Of a stretch of DNA of 64,000 nucleotides, positions 63,270-64,000 are shown piece by piece. The notes below the pieces were generated by a model. The model saw only the letters and a list, made by a program, of their open reading frames with translations. It was not told the origin of the DNA and ran no database searches. The position numbers and the translations under genes were made by a program. Source of the stretch: Mobula hypostoma (Eukaryota); assembly GCF_963921235.1 (NCBI RefSeq), contig NC_086127.1:5518001-5582000 (forward strand). Reading direction: 5' to 3'. Position 1 is the first letter of the stretch, and every line of letters begins with the position of its first letter.

Positions 63270-64000
63270 CAAAACTGAGCAGCGGAATACAATACAACCC
63301 ATGGATGAACATGGAACATAGAACTATCTGAGACACCAACAGGCAAAGAAAATAGATCGTAGTGCGATGATGGAAAACTTTCGAAAACGTCAAAGCTTAA
63401 GTAAACCTTCCAAACAGAGCTCAATGGTAAACATATAACGAAGCCAATAAACATATTCTCTGTACCCATATTAAACGTGTTCTTTTGGCATAATGCTTTG
63501 GTCCCAAACCGATATGGAAAATTTACAAAAATAAGAACTGAAATGACAAATTTTAGAAAACACTGTACACATCCGAACGTGCTTAGAATAACACTCCCGG
63601 GTACAGAAGAAGGAAGAGGAGTAACAGACATAAAACTTTACACAACAGTTAGATAAGACCTTAAAGGATATATTTTCATCACCGAAAACAGGATTCAGTG
63701 CTCCACACTAGCATATACAATTCTGATAAGAAGAACACGACACTAGAGTTAAAGGAAATCGCAGCCCAGAACAAGGAGGAAATTATCTCTGTACAGGAAA
63801 GAGTTAACCAGTTGAAGAACATGACCCTCCATGGAAGACATCCCCGCGATCTGAGTAAATTGATGTCAACAAGGAAGCGTCTAACGTCTAGTTCAGAGCT
63901 GGAGACCTCTTCTTAGTATTAGAAGGGTTCCTTGTGGCAGTCCGTGATCAGGTTGTTCACACAAGAAGATTATCAAACATACATAATACTAAACCGACAA
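63270..64000 (+). mobile_element. R4/Dong-like LINE fragment (RT thumb to C-terminal region), runs off the window
   Basis: ELNGKHITKPINIFSVPIL, RITLPGTEEGRGVTDIK, MTLHGRHPRDL, GFLVAVRDQV. Confidence 0.75.

Overview
Eukaryotic vertebrate DNA rich in repeats. The mix of repeats (CR1, Rex1/Babar-like, R4/Dong, Penelope, Tc1, hAT, HE1-like SINE) and the GPCR type suggest a cartilaginous fish, probably a batoid; this is inference. Two host gene systems are visible. (1) A minus-strand Siglec/MAG/CD33-like gene: signal-peptide exon 10661-10709, V-set exon 2254-2628 and C2-set exon 563-868, continuing off the left edge. Its V-set has the Siglec cysteine pattern but Thr in place of the sialic-acid-binding Arg. 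(2) A cluster of at least five two-exon GPR139/GPR142-like class A GPCR loci at different stages of birth-and-death evolution: two intact tandem paralogues (21480-27607 and 33017-37251, each with a 67-nt first exon missed by the ORF track), one with a single in-frame stop (49649-53167, minus strand), one old copy split by hAT and retroposon insertions (55945-58600), and one well-preserved 3' half (60055-60514). The rest is mostly decayed or nested transposable elements, including Penelope-derived palindromes with hammerhead-ribozyme remnants and a fold-back Tc1 derivative, plus micro- and minisatellites. Family assignments come from motif recognition by eye, not database searches, and repeat boundaries are approximate.
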